This document shows positions 50,719 through 63,729 of a stretch of 64,000 bases of DNA, one piece after another; the stretch's first letter is position 1, and every line of letters starts with the position of its first letter. The translations under genes were made by a program, and so were the position numbers. The notes beneath the pieces were generated by a model, which had not been told where the DNA came from, made no database searches, and worked only from the letters and a program-made list of their open reading frames with translations. The stretch comes from Ophelia neglecta (taxonomy: Eukaryota), in contig OZ260662.1 in the NCBI GenBank assembly GCA_965285935.1, forward strand, positions 89,032,001 through 89,096,000, given 5' to 3'.

Positions 50719-51552
50719 ATGGACTCTTACAATTACCAAGCATACGATCGCCGTGATGACCGCCACGTCAAGGGCGGATCACGTGATACGTACAGTGAAG
50801 CTATCCAGTGGGAGTCGTCAAACAGAAAACCTGATCAGCGACAATACTATGACAACCCGGCATACGACCTCAGCTCTTGGAATACAGAGCAGGGGCAGGA
50901 CCATCGCGACTATCGCCAAACCTCTCCAAGCAGACGACATGAGGGCGAAAAAGATGACCGCTACGCGGAGCCTCTAGATTACAACAGCCGATATGCTTAC
51001 AGGGATGATAAAGCAAAAGGGTATCCAGAGAGAGAGCCGAATAAAGCTTGGAAACAACCATACGATACTAGGGACACGCGTGATAGAGGTAATGATGAGA
51101 CAGACTATCGAAACAATTATAATCGGTATCCTAACGATAAACGAGAAGACAAATATAGGACCCCGGCAACCGACTATCAGGGAGACGGCGACAAGGGTCG
51201 CCATGACGACGACTCGGGCGATTATAGACGTCACCATGATGACAGAGATGATTATCGAGGCCGTTATGACGACAGGGGCGATAATCGGGATCGTTATGAA
51301 GATAGAGATGCCTACCAGGGCCGTTATGAATACCGGGACGATTATCGGGGCAGTTATATGGACCGGGAAGACTATGGAGGCCGTTATGACAACCGGGACG
51401 ACTACCGAAACCGTAATGAAGAAAGAGGTGAATATGGCCGTTCTGACAGACACAAATACCAAGGCCGCCATGACGACACCAATACCAATCGAGGCCGGCA
51501 TGGAAGCATTAATGATTATTGGGGCCACAGGGGAGGTTCTTCTCCTCTAGAG
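50719..51552 (+). CDS. First coding exon of a type II membrane protein (R/D/Y-rich cytoplasmic N-terminus)
   Basis: Acceptor tttcag at 50651, ATG at 50719, phase-0 donor GAG|gtcagt at 51552. Contains an NPxY motif (NPAY 50854-50865) and 30-bp coding repeats. Confidence 0.75.
51196..51504 (+). repeat. Coding minisatellite, ~10 degenerate 30-bp units (consensus ~GRYDDRDDYR)
   Basis: ggccgttatga(c/a)..cggga.ga.tatc recurs with a 30-nt period. Confidence 0.85.
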
Positions 51553-51989
51553 GTCAGTAATTACTTTTTGTCTGGCACATACAGTTAGTACTTTCTCTAT
51601 AGATTTGGCCAATGAGCCAAGCCCCCAAATTTTGTCCGCCGGTACCATGTGAGGGGAATAATGCTCATAGTGGCTTTGTGCAAAAGTGACTGTTTTCATA
51701 ATTTATAAAGCTGCCGTTTTGTTCTGTATATACCTGCAAACCGTATAAAGATATGTCAATCCATTGTTTCAGAGGAATTTAAGCGCAAAGTGTTTTACTA
51801 AATATAATATTTTTACCTAAATTGAGCTTACTTTTACTATTACCCCAAACATATTATTCCTATGAATCGGATTGAACAATTGGAGCACCCTGCAATTGAT
51901 GAAGCCTAATTATGACGGCCAATTTTCTAAAAACCTAATTTGATGCTTTTAGCTATAACAAAATTTCTAAGGCACTGTTTTCACCCAGT

Positions 51990-53050
51990 TTACTCAATGC
52001 CATGCCCTTTCTTTAAAGTGGATATCAGGGACAAATTTAGAATGTAGTATTGCCTTTGGGGATGTAAGACATTTATCGTAGCATTCTAGAAATGTTTCGA
52101 TCGAACCAGCGTCTTTGAAGAGTATACTGAATAGTTCCTTGTCGCCAATGTTTTGAGACAGCCAGTACTGACCAAAAGTATACGCAAACCATATGTCCGG
52201 GGATCTAGTATAGACACCCAGAGATTTATCACTCGACAATGTCTCTTGAATTTTATTGCTTTAATCTAAGCTCCAACAGGAGCATACTTGTCGAAGTGTT
52301 GCGTTTAAGCTACCGTAGAGTAGGACAGGTTCTATGAAGCTCTCAAATAGTCGATATTTTTCAGGACCGGAAGTTTTAAGTTGTACAGTTTTTTTTCGAT
52401 GAGGAGTTGTGCCTTTTTAAGTTGCTCTTACGCCCGCTTTTTTGCCTGTATCCGGGTAGTATTAGCTGACAGCACTATAACCCCAAAAGTTTGAACTTGG
52501 CTACATTCTCCAATTCTGACACGTCATACACACAGTCGGTTGCCGTTCCCAGAAGCTATTACGTTTGTTTTTGTGTGGTTGACAAGCATGGTCCATCGCT
52601 AGCAGTATACATGGAGGTTGTCCATGTACTGTTGGAGGCCTACTACATTATCTGAGATGAGCACGCAATTATCTGCGTATAGGAGTAAAAAAATCCTATA
52701 AATCCCAGTCCGCCTGTACTTCTGAAGGCTGGAAACTGGCCTCCATTTCGTTCACCATAAGGCAAAAAAGAACGGCGAGGCTTATTCGCCCTGTCTCATC
52801 CCTAGGAGGCATTTGAATGTCTCTCCCATTGCAACGTACAGTCTTTGTATGATTCAGTTTCTATCGGTCAGGAAATTTTTGACCAATGAACAAGTTGTCC
52901 AGTAGCAGCAACTCACTTTGGAAACCTGTGTGTACGGATACACATTTCCCGCTGCCCAATTTGACTTTCTGGTATTCAATATTCTTGTGAAAAGTAACAA
53001 AACGTTGATAGCAAATTGATAGGTCTGTAATGTTTGACTTCTTCTGCGAT
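51990..53050 (-). mobile_element. Degenerate LINE RT remnant (intronic)
   Basis: FKCLLGMRQGE*ASPFFF..IFLLLYADNCVLIS..GLQQYMDNLHVYC*RW.MLVNHTKT. Confidence 0.8.
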
Positions 53051-53444
53051 TCCTTTTTTTGTGTAAAGGAAGGGGGACTCCAAGTACTCAACTTTTGGGA
53101 ATTTCCCTGCTCATTGTATATTATTGTACAGTAAAATACAAAGACTATCTAGGTACGCTTTTCTTAACAAGGCTTTTGATTAAACGCGGAGTTGCGGAAG
53201 CTATGCGGACGCGGAGGTCATGTGTATTTGAGAGTGACAGGAAGCAAAAAATGCTTCAGGGAGGCTAGGTTCACGGCTGAGGGTTAATTTCAGGGTTAGG
53301 GGAATGGTCAGGAACACGATTAATAGATCTATTGCTTTGTTCTAATTTTGGGATTTACATCCGCAATGCACCGCGCATCCGCTTATAATCAAAAGCCCTC
53401 AAAATTTGGTGATTCATCGAGATTTACAAACTATATACATATAA

Positions 53445-53870
53445 GGGAGCGTTCATTATTTATGGCCGGGGGGGGGGGGGGGGGGGTGGTAAATTTGGGG
53501 GGGGGACAGTTTTTTTTAGTCTATTCACAGGGTGCGCAATTTTTTTAACCCTTTTTACAGGGGGAGCGTTTTATCACGTATTTCTTATTGACACTTTTGT
53601 GTAGCTATTTTATAGAAATATATATTGTACAAAAGTGTGTAGTGAAACTGATCATACTTAGACAAATTCTGTCTTTGATGGGGGGGGGGGGGGCAATTAT
53701 TTTTCCACCTATTTCCAAGGGGGGGGGGGGCGATTTTTTCCACCTATTTCTGAGGGGGGGGGGGCAATTTTTTTCCCACCTATTTCCAGGAGGGGGGGGG
53801 GGCAATTTTGTTTGACGTACTCATTTCAAAAATGTACCACCCCCCCCGGCCATAAATAATGAACGCTCCC
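53445..53870. mobile_element. PIF/Harbinger (Tourist-like) MITE
   Basis: Long TIR gggagcgttcattatttatggccgggggg / cccccccggccataaataatgaacgctccc. TAA TSD on both sides. Internal poly-G/ttttccacctattt repeats. Confidence 0.9.
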
Positions 53871-54574
53871 TAACGTACAGTACTCCCAGCGACCTTAACG
53901 ACTTTTAAAGATTAATTGGCAACTTAAATTACAACTACCTGTCTAGGTTTAATCTTTTGATATAAATCACCATATGGCTATGTAGAGCTTGGGTTGGTCG
54001 ACCACACCTTTTTCTGTACTTTGTTCATACTCGTCCGAGGCGTTTGACACTTTGGACCACTCGATACTTCTTCATTATTTGGACGAGTTTGTGATTAGTG
54101 ATTTTGTAAAACGCTATTTGAGAGGTATTTATATTCTAGGAAACAATATCTAAAGCTTATAATAAGGATTCCTCGCATAAACTTTTATTTCTACCATTTG
54201 TCATTTTTATTTTATCTTTTGTTATCATAATGTACCATTATAACTATACAACTAACACGTACCGTATAAGACTACTTTTATTATTTCTTGTCGTGTACAA
54301 ATTGAATTAAATTGTGACGATAAACCAATCTCCATATAGAACCTGCTCTAAAATCCGGCGTACTTAAGGAATCCATATTGAGGCTACTTTTCTGTTCTAA
54401 ATACGCTGACATATTTATATCGGTTTGAAATCCAACCAATTATCTCTTAGTGAAAAACTAAGCACATGTTATTTCGGAGGCAAAAAAGCATTTACCAAGC
54501 ATATAATATATAGTACGCTAGATGGCATGATGCTAGTTTAAAAGAAAGTGTCATATATTTGCGTAACCAGATAC

Positions 54575-54849
54575 TGTTCATATGTTATAGTTAAAGTTCC
54601 TGATAGACGACATCAGACGGAAACGAATTTAACTTCATCTGTTTATTTTTATACAAAAACCACGCTACTACAATTCCTAGGCGGTCCTTCTCATTACCGG
54701 GACCCCCTCTCGGGCGTCGCTACTAGCAACTATAACTATTTACCGCACATAGCGTGCATAACCGCAATACTATTCTTATGGTAATAATTACCACACAAAA
54801 CTACGGAACCGCAATAGTATTTCTTATAACAATATAACCCTTCAGAACA
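54575..54849 (-). repeat. 3' LTR
   Basis: 4 substitutions relative to 61146-61420. Confidence 0.97.
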
Positions 54850-54863
54850 TGCTCCCCCTTCCT
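54850..54863 (-). other. Polypurine tract
   Basis: Minus-strand aggaagggggagca directly precedes the 3' LTR. Confidence 0.85.
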
Positions 54864-55269
54864 GATATTACATACCAATGAAATATGAGAATAGTACCAT
54901 AAAATCACTTGAATACAAAAGTCATTTACTTAATTATCTTAATCTCTCATATATCTAAAACTTTAATAACACTTAGGTAATATGATGTATCTCAGCTTAT
55001 AGTCTATGATTATACCATATAAGTAAATTAAACAAGAAAAGAAAATAACATAGCAGATCACGTCAATTGGCTGCTAGAATTAAAAGTCTAAATTAAATGT
55101 CAACTTGCTGATTTAGTGTCCAATTAACCTATATATCGCAAAATATGTTTAAATGTCCTAGAATAATATCCTTAACATTGTAGTGATAATATTGTACTGA
55201 GCTGACTATTTGCGAAGCCTAAGAAGTTAATACTGAAACTTCTGGAATATTATTTTTATTGACACAAGT

Positions 55270-58200
55270 CTAGTTCAATCCACTGAGCTGTTGCAATCCA
55301 CTGGGCATATCCGTGAGATCGGCCGAACCAGCACCTGGTTCCCTATCTGAACCTTCACAACACGTACATGGGTTATCCTTCCCGGGGCTTGTTCCCACAA
55401 TGCGCCCCATAGGCCACTTTCCACGCCCTGTGTCTGGAGCGATAATGAGCACTATATCTCCGACCTTAACATCACGATGCGGAGTGAACCACTTTTTGCG
55501 GGCAGTGAGACAAGGGAGCCACTCACGCATCCATCGATGCCAGAAGTGTCTCACCAACTCCTGCACATGCCGCCATCGACGCCTAGGACTAAAGTGAGTC
55601 TTGTCCACAGACTCGGGGGCAAACGGTCCACCCACGGAGCCATGCAGGAATTGGTCTGGCGTGAGTGGTGTGTCATCTTGAGGGTGTGCTGACTGGTATG
55701 TCAGTGGTCGTGAGTTGATGAGGCCTTCGGCCCCCGCGAACGCCGTAAGTAGTTCCTCATCTGTAACCTCTGCGTTTCTCAAGATGGCGTAGATTGCGTT
55801 CTTCGCAGACTTGATCATCGCTTCGTGGACCCCACTAAAGTGTGGTGCTAGTGGGGGGTTAAAATGCCACTTGATGTACTTGTTAGCTGTAGACTGTTCG
55901 ATTTTGCCTTGATCAAGGTTTGCCACTAGTTGAAGGAGTTCCTTATCGGCACCAATGAAATTTCCACCGTTGTCTGATAACATATCCTGTGGTCGTCCTC
56001 GGCGAGAAGCAAAACGGTAAAACGCATTCATAAAAGAGTCAGTGTCCATACTATAGGCCAGTTCGAGGTGCACTGCCCTTGTTGCTAAACACGTGAACAA
56101 GCAAATGTATCGCTTTGCTCGGGACCTCCCTCTACCCTGTTTGGTGTAGAATGGACCACCATAGTCTACTGACGTTTGTGTGAAGGCACGAAGTGACGCT
56201 TGTAGTCGTAATTTTGGCAGTGGCGCCATGATCTGACCTGCTGGTGAAGCCTTTAACTTTCTGCATGCAGCACACTCTTTTTCCCAAGCACGGATCTCTT
56301 CTCGGGCGGATATGATCCAATATCTAGTAGATATAGCGGACAAGGTCTGGTTGGTGCCACAAACATGTTTGCCGTCTTCATGATACTGCTTCACTACGAG
56401 TTTTGTCGCCCAATCCTTCCTGGGCAGTATAACTGGGTAACGGACGTCATATGGCAGGAATTCTGCATATTTGAGGCGCCCATCAGATCTGATGACACCC
56501 TCTTCATCATGAATTGGCTTTAAAGCTAGAAGTTTGCGTCTTTTGGCAGTTCCTTGCCCTTAGATAAGGCTAAGTATTCTTTCCAAAAGGCTTTTTTCTG
56601 GGCCTTCCGCACAATTTGGAACTCGGCTTCTCTGAGATCATTGGGCTTCAACTCTCCATTGGATCCCATTTCTTGTGGAAGTTTACAATTGTCTATGAAG
56701 CGATTTACCCATGCCTGAACCCGAGTTAGACGCCTCCAGTTGGAAAATCTCTTAGGATCTAGATACCATGGTGTTGGGTCTTCTTGGTGGGCGACCATGG
56801 TCGTTTTAGTCCCCAGTGGCACATCACTCTTTTCTGCCAGCATTCCTACACTGATTCGGTCTCTGTAACTCTTTTTCATTTCCTTACTTTCTTTTACCTG
56901 TTTCTCAATACGATTTTCTGGCCAGTCGACCTCACTCTCTTTTAAGAACACAGGCCCCTGCCACCAGGTTTCTGCACTGATCAATTCACCAGCAGCGATA
57001 CCACGTGTTAAAAGATCAGCTGGATTGATATTTGTAGGTATGTATCTCCACTGGTCAGGGCTTGTGCTGCTTTGGATGTTACCAATTCGGTTCGCTACGA
57101 ACGGCTTGAAATGTCTGCTGTGACCTCTGATCCACCAAAGTACATTAATACTATCAGACCAGAATACTGTCTCACTCAATTTCTTTTGTAGTATATTTGT
57201 GATAGTCTCTGCCAATCTTAGCCCCAACACTGCTGCCAATAACTCCATTCGAGGGATGCTCATAGCTGTGAGGGGTGCCACACGGGTTTTAGCTGCAATT
57301 AGATGACATGAGACCTCACCATTGTGGTAAGTATTTCTGGCATATACGGCACTGCCATAAGCTTGCTCAGATGCGTCGACAAATACATGAAGAGACATCG
57401 AGTCCACCTCACTGTCCATCTGAATACACCTGGGAATTCTGACCTTATCCAAGTTATATAAATTGCATTAAAAAACCCAGGGGATCAAACAAAGTTGCCA
57501 CTTTCTTCAACACATTCCGCTTGGTAAACTGGAAACTGTCTGGCAGAGGGTGTGACTTGAAAGTGAATATGTCATCATTTGCAGACCATTGTATCCTCAG
57601 TGTCTTAACGGAAGGTAAGTAACACTTGTCCAAGTCAACCTGTGAGGCTCTGCCTTCAGGGGGACCCGCTGCATGACAACAGGTGAACTTGACAGCCATT
57701 TCCTGGCATGCATACCTGCCCGAGTCCAAAGTTCTGATAATTGTTCATACAGGGCTATGCCAGTTTTGGTCATCTTTCACAGAGTCGAGGCTGTCATCCA
57801 TGTATGTGGATGACAAGACTGTTTCAGCAGCGAGAGGAAATTCTTTGTAATGAACTTCAGCATGGTGTTGTGATACTAACTGTGCCAAGAAGGGCGATGA
57901 ATTTACACCGAACACCACACGGCTGAATTCATAGACATCAGGATCTTTGGTAAGATCCATATCTCGCCACATAAATCTATGATATGGTCTGTCTTGTGGG
58001 GATATTTCTATTTGTAAGTACATTTCAGCGATGTCAGCTGCCAAGGCCACAGGTGATCTTCGGAAACGGATCAAAACATCGAACAGTTCAACCTGTAATT
58101 TTGGCCCTTGGTCTATACAGTCATAGAGTGACACATTTTCACATTTGGCGGAGGCATCAAACACAATGCCAACTTTGGTTGACTCCTTATCTGGCCGCAC

Positions 58201-61119
58201 CACAGGAAAGTGCGGAAGATACCAACATGGCTTCTGTACTTTTTCTGTCTCAGAGACTTTACGAATATAACCTTTTGTCATGTAGCTATCAATAACTTCT
58301 TTGTAGGCAGTACTAAGCTCAATGTTTTTGGAAAGTCTATTCTCTGTACTTTTCAGCCGATGGAATGCCATCTCACTATTGTCTGGCAATTCACCTGGAT
58401 CAGTCTTCCAAGGGATGGACACTTGGTAATGTCCATTCTCAAATTTGGTTGTCATAAAGGCTGAGTCTTTACACTCTGTTTCTTTGGGCCGGTCCTATTA
58501 GCATCCAAACCTGAATTTTCAATTTCCCAGAACCGACGTATCATTTGATCCAAGTCTACTGAACCTCAAGTAAAGTATGTCTGGGCAAAGTGAGTTTGAG
58601 AATTATTTAGTCTTGTCAAGGGATTGCCAATACAAGTCCAGCCAAGGGGAGTTAACCTGGCTATGGGGTCTCCTGGCTCACCTCTCACATCCTGGAGGGA
58701 ACAATGTAACTCGGCATAGTCAGCACCAATCAAAATATCAACCGTTGGTCGTGGGCCAGCATCTGGGAATTCTATTCCCCTTAAATGACTCCATCTTTTG
58801 GCGTTTTGCTGCCAGCTGACCACTTCCATGGCCCCTGTGACTCTATCAACTGTGAATGCATTTACTTCTTCATTTATCTTTCTAGCCAAGCTCTGAAGGT
58901 TAAAGGTCACTGGCATTGTCTCAAATGTATCCACCTGACCATTTAGAACATTCACTGTCACTTTTTGAGTTTGTCCTTGAAGCCCCAATTCAGATGCTAT
59001 TTCTGAGTTTAAATATGTCTGAGTACTGGCATCGTCAAGGAGTGCATTAATTTTGACTGTCCTTAGGCCAGCTTTCAATAGCACAGGCACAGTCCTAAGC
59101 GCTATGAGGGATCTACTGTTACTAGGAGATGAGGCCATGGTAGTAGTATGCGATCTCCCTTCGGACTGCTTCTCTATAGAGGGCTCCACCGGCTCCTTCG
59201 GCTTAGTTTTGTCAGACACATTGTCTTCGCCTGGTTCTGCGATATTCGTGAAGGTCCCCTTGCTTTTATTATCATCCGACTTCTTGTCGCTAAATACTCC
59301 ATCGACCTTCTTTTCATGAAGCATTCTGCTGTGTGTCGATTTACAATTGTCAATGCCACACACACGGCTTCGAGGGCAAGTACTTCCCTGGTGCCATCTA
59401 TTGAGACACCAGAAACCCAATTTTAGTTCCTTGGCCTTGTCCCACCGTTGTGAGACTGACATTGTCTTAAACACTTGACAGTTCCACAGTCCGTGAGGGC
59501 TGTCGCAAAGCACACACTTCCTATCCACTTTCTTTCTGGGCAACTGTTCCTCTAGTTGAGCAACAAATGATCTGGCACGGCCAACCTTATCTGTATTATC
59601 TCTCATTCCTTTTATTGTTTCTGTTGCCGTTGTAAGGATTCTGCTTCCTTATTGGCAAACTCTCTCAAGGCTGGAATACCCTCAATTTTACAATTCTCAA
59701 AAATCCATCTGTGGTACTTAGCTAACAGTGACTCGTTAAGTTTTCTTTGAAGTGATATATACAGTGAACCACTGCCCAGTTCATTTCCTTGATTCGCTTC
59801 TTTCAAATTGACTATCAGCATTTCCAGCAATTCAGTGAATCTTTCTAAATCTTTGCCATTGCCATCACGGATTTGCTTAAAGGATTCTAACTCTTGCATT
59901 CGCAGTGCAAGTAGTCTGTTTTTTCCACCATATTTACGTTCAAGTATTTCCTTAGCTGTGTCATAAGCTGCTGCCGAATGTCCTAATCCCTCAATCACCC
60001 GAAGTGGCTCACCTTGCAAGCTGCCCCTAAGTTGTAGGAGTTTGTATTGAGGAGTTGCTGGTGCTTTATCGACACATGAATAAAACACAGCCTTCCAGGA
60101 TTCGTAGTTCTTTTTGTTACCACTGAATGTTGGTATGCTTACTCTTCGAAGTTGTCTCCATAGGTCATCTCCGATCTGATGTGCAGTAGACGCTGCATGT
60201 GATCGCGACTCACCAATCGCATTGATTGGCACAGGATTTGACTGGTATAATGAATTGCCACTGTAGTCCGATGATATGTCTCCCATTAGTGCGGAATGGG
60301 GTACTGACGATAGATTTTCCATAGGAGTTGGTGACAATGCCGATATGGGAATCATATTTTGTGGTGTAACACCCGGAGTGGTTCGAACCGGAGGTAAAAA
60401 TTCCGGAGTAGATAAATGCTGAGGAGGCACGAATGATGATTGATGCTCAGCTGGCGATGACATAAATTGTTGGTAGGGTAGAGCCGAGGACATGTACACG
60501 GTCGAAGTTGGTGCTCTATGAGACGAGAATCGTAGTTGCTGCTTTACAGGAGTATGCTGATCCGAAAACATTACAGAAGTAGTATCAGGCTTGGGCGGCG
60601 AATGTGTATACCCATGTGCCTGACTTGACGATGTAGAATGAGCCATAGTTTGAAATGAAAGCTGATTCTCTAATGCTATACGATTCTTCTCGATTTGTAA
60701 TTCAATATTTGAAATTTTCCTTCTACCCTCTTCGATTTGAGACTGCAACTCTTCCGTAGGATTGGTAGGTGATTCCATCTGACGCCGTATGGGGACGGAT
60801 GTACGACGCCCGTACGATAATTCATCATTGTCAGCCTGCTCTAATATTTCATTTGCAAAATCTTCTACACTCTCAAATTCTCTTTCAATTTTTTCCATCT
60901 CATCAGAGATTTCATTTAAGCGCAGACCATCAGCCTGAATTTTATAGTACTCACGTGACTGTCCCATTATTTCCATAACATTGTCCATAGCCATCTGTAC
61001 GGCGTCCATATTATCGCTCACTGCGCTCCGAGCCGGCAAGTCAGATTCCAACAGCCGAATCTGCGACGAGTAAAACGAGCTTTAGCTACTGACTTACTTC
61101 TCTTCAAAGTTCCGTCCAT
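55270..61119 (-). pseudogene. Frameshifted BEL/Pao gag-pol
   Basis: ATG at 61119. Gag IPTFSG..W..F, three Cys/His knuckles, protease ALLDDAS, RT YMDD, RNase H HVFVDAS..AYG, integrase VDYGGP/SDNG/E, C-terminal FW.RW..EWL..KW. Broken into 6 ORF-track pieces plus a short N-terminal fragment. Confidence 0.95.
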
Positions 61120-61124
61120 CTTAT

Positions 61125-61140
61125 CCACGCTTTGCTACCA
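61125..61140 (-). other. Primer-binding site, probably for initiator tRNA-Met
   Basis: Minus-strand TGGTAGCAAAGCGTGG, 5 nt after the 5' LTR, resembles the complement of the eukaryotic tRNAiMet 3' end (..CTCTGCTACCA). Confidence 0.75.
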
Positions 61141-61145
61141 TTAAA

Positions 61146-61420
61146 TGTTCCTATGTTATAGTTAAAGTTCCTGATAGACGACATCAGACGGAAACGAATT
61201 TAACTTCATCTGCTTATTTTTATACAAAAACCACGCTACTACAATTCCTAGGCGGTCCTTCTCATTACCGGGACCCCCTCTCGGGCGTCGCTACTAGCAA
61301 CTATAACTAATTACCGCACATAGCGTGCATAACCGCAATACTATTTTTATGGTAATAATTACCACACAAAACTACGGAACCGCAATAGTATTTCTTATAA
61401 CAATATAACCCTTCAGAACA
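61146..61420 (-). repeat. 5' LTR
   Basis: 275 bp, TG..CA, ~98.5% identical to the 3' LTR. Confidence 0.97.
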
Positions 61421-61679
61421 GATACTAGGTAATATTGTATACACGGATCTCTCGGGTAATCGTTGGCTCCCTTGCGAAGTCTTCGCCTTCGCTGGGGAGG
61501 CAGTGAATGATGGATTCGGGTGGCCGGACTGTTTGTCGGAGTGATGTATGCATAATAAACTTTGTGTTATTCATGCCTCTGTACCCAGGACGAACAGCTC
61601 AAATATTGGCATAGTAATAACACGAAGCAATTAGAACAAACGCACTATGGACTATAGTATTACTGTGGGTAAACGTTGC

Positions 61680-62280
61680 CGAGTCTCACATTAGAACCGT
61701 TTGACATCAAGGCTGACAATTTGAAAAGACTTTTAAATAAAATGTCTCTCTCCGAGCTCTACAAATGTACTGTAATATTTAGAGAGATAATACCATATAG
61801 AGCTTGCGCTGGGCAGATTAAGGGTTTTCACCCACCGTCAACTCTCAAATGTCTGTCACAATGATTGGATGGTCATCTCTTTTCAATGAATTTTCATTGC
61901 TGCAAGCTCCAGTTATTTGGACGAACTTGCAGATTACCGGACTCGAGTATGAAGAAACAACTCTTTTTCCTGAGGCAGTTATCTACCGCATCTCAATCGC
62001 AAGCCGACAATAATTGTATTAAAAAGGATTTGTGAATGACTCGCTTATTAATATACTAAGCAAGTGTGGTCGACTGGACACCTTCAAACGTACCTCGAGC
62101 ATGCGTCGTTCCCGTCAGAATCTCAATAGAAAGCTATGGTTTCCGAAACTGTTAGGGTCTCAGAGCCATCGTTCATTACGGCCTCGAGTTCAAACATATT
62201 TGGACTTGCGACATGTGTATAAGAGTTATCTGAAATGGTTGGTTAACATGGTATTCTTTTGCGACCAATTAAGTAAAAAT
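61680..62280 (+). mobile_element. Very old LINE ORF2 remnant
   Basis: KKQLFFLRQL (cf. KRLYFLRxL) and KLLGSQSHRSL, with many stops. Confidence 0.4.
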
Positions 62281-63296
62281 TAGATTAGTGTATCACTTTA
62301 TGTCAATAATATGTCAGTAATATGTAAGGGAGGGACAATTTGTTATATGTAAAAAAAACCTTGCTCGAGAAACCATAAAGGTAACGGTAGTATTCTATTT
62401 CCCATGCTTAAATTTCGATAAATATGTCATTTGTATCACTTAAATTATTCTCTTGGATTTTTGTAATTAACATTCGTAAATGTACTCTTCGATATCGGAG
62501 TAAATAAAGTTATATATGATATCAGCTTTCTCGTACCATACTTAAAGACCTTGGAATTGGTATGTATAAACTGATCTAGGTGATGCTATATGACAAAAAC
62601 CCTCATTTTTATATCCAAGTTTAATAATAACAGATGTATTTCAGGATGATTAATTTACCAATGTTTACCAATGTCGAGACAAGTCTCTACTTCTATCAAT
62701 ATGAAATGTAAATCAAATGGTATATTGGGCGTGAAATTGAAAATTAACTAAATTTGGCGTATGAACAAAGATGACGTGAAAATGCGTTGCTCTATGTATG
62801 GTTATAATTTCGGTAAGCCATATTCAGTTCTGTTTGTTGCTACTTATATATACACGAAACTCATAGCAGACTATGTAGGTCCAAATAGGGTCAATGATAC
62901 CATAACCCACAATTCTCTCTTTACAAATTCAACATAGGGCGTCTTTGTTACTCTTAAACACAATGCTATCTCACATTTTCAAACTCTTGTGGTATATACT
63001 TTCCCAAAATCACCATGTGCATTATTCCCTTCAGACGATACCAGGTTCGTGGATTATATACTGTGTCAAAAAAGATAGCAATTGAACATTGTATTGTTCT
63101 TGACTGAATTAAGCGATGTGTTTAGGTCATAATATTCCGTCGTTAGGAATGAAAAAATGAATTTATATACTAACTCACACCAGGTTACTCCAGAAGCTAA
63201 AACGATTAGAGAAGACCGAATTTCCGTGGCACAAAACTAAGGAATCCTTTGTTTAGATGAAAACATATATGCTCTACTTCTGTATTCATATTTCAG

Positions 63297-63729
63297 GACG
63301 AGGATTTTCCAGAGGTGGACTATGGAGAAGATGAGAAGGTACAGACAAATGAAGGTTTCATACTAATTCAGAATATCATATTTTTTATAAATGTCCGTTG
63401 CCGATTTGTTATACTGCAGGTCACAGCTACCATGGCTTAATTCAATTTATTTCAGAGCCCTCCATCAGTCCGGCGTGACTCAGGCTATTCTGACCAGCTG
63501 TACGCTAAAGCAAAGCCTAAAACTACAGGTAAAGATGCCCTCGCAGTGACCTCTTCCAAAGACCAGCTACATGGTCCAGACGATGGAGACGATGGTCCGG
63601 AAGTACCAGAGAAAAATTTCGCCAAGCAGAAGAGGACTCGTATGATTTGCATTGCAGTATTTGCCATATGTACGATTGGACTCGCTGCATTAGCGGGAAC
63701 CTTGGCCTACTTTCTAACGCGACCTGAAG
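63297..63729 (+). CDS. Downstream exons of the type II membrane protein, including the TM anchor
   Basis: Exons 63297-63338 (DEDFPEVDYGEDEK, phase 0-0) and 63456-63729 (SPPSVRRDSG..KQKRTR-MICIAVFAICTIGLAALAGTLAYFL-TRPE, phase-1 donor). Frame-compatible with the exon ending at 51552. The gene continues beyond the window. Confidence 0.75.

Larger units (their letters stand above)
54575..61420 (-). mobile_element. Full-length BEL/Pao LTR retrotransposon (defective)
   Basis: Two 275-bp TG..CA LTRs, 5-bp TSD GATAC (54570-54574 and 61421-61425), PBS, PPT and gag-PR-RT-RH-IN domain order. Confidence 0.97.
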
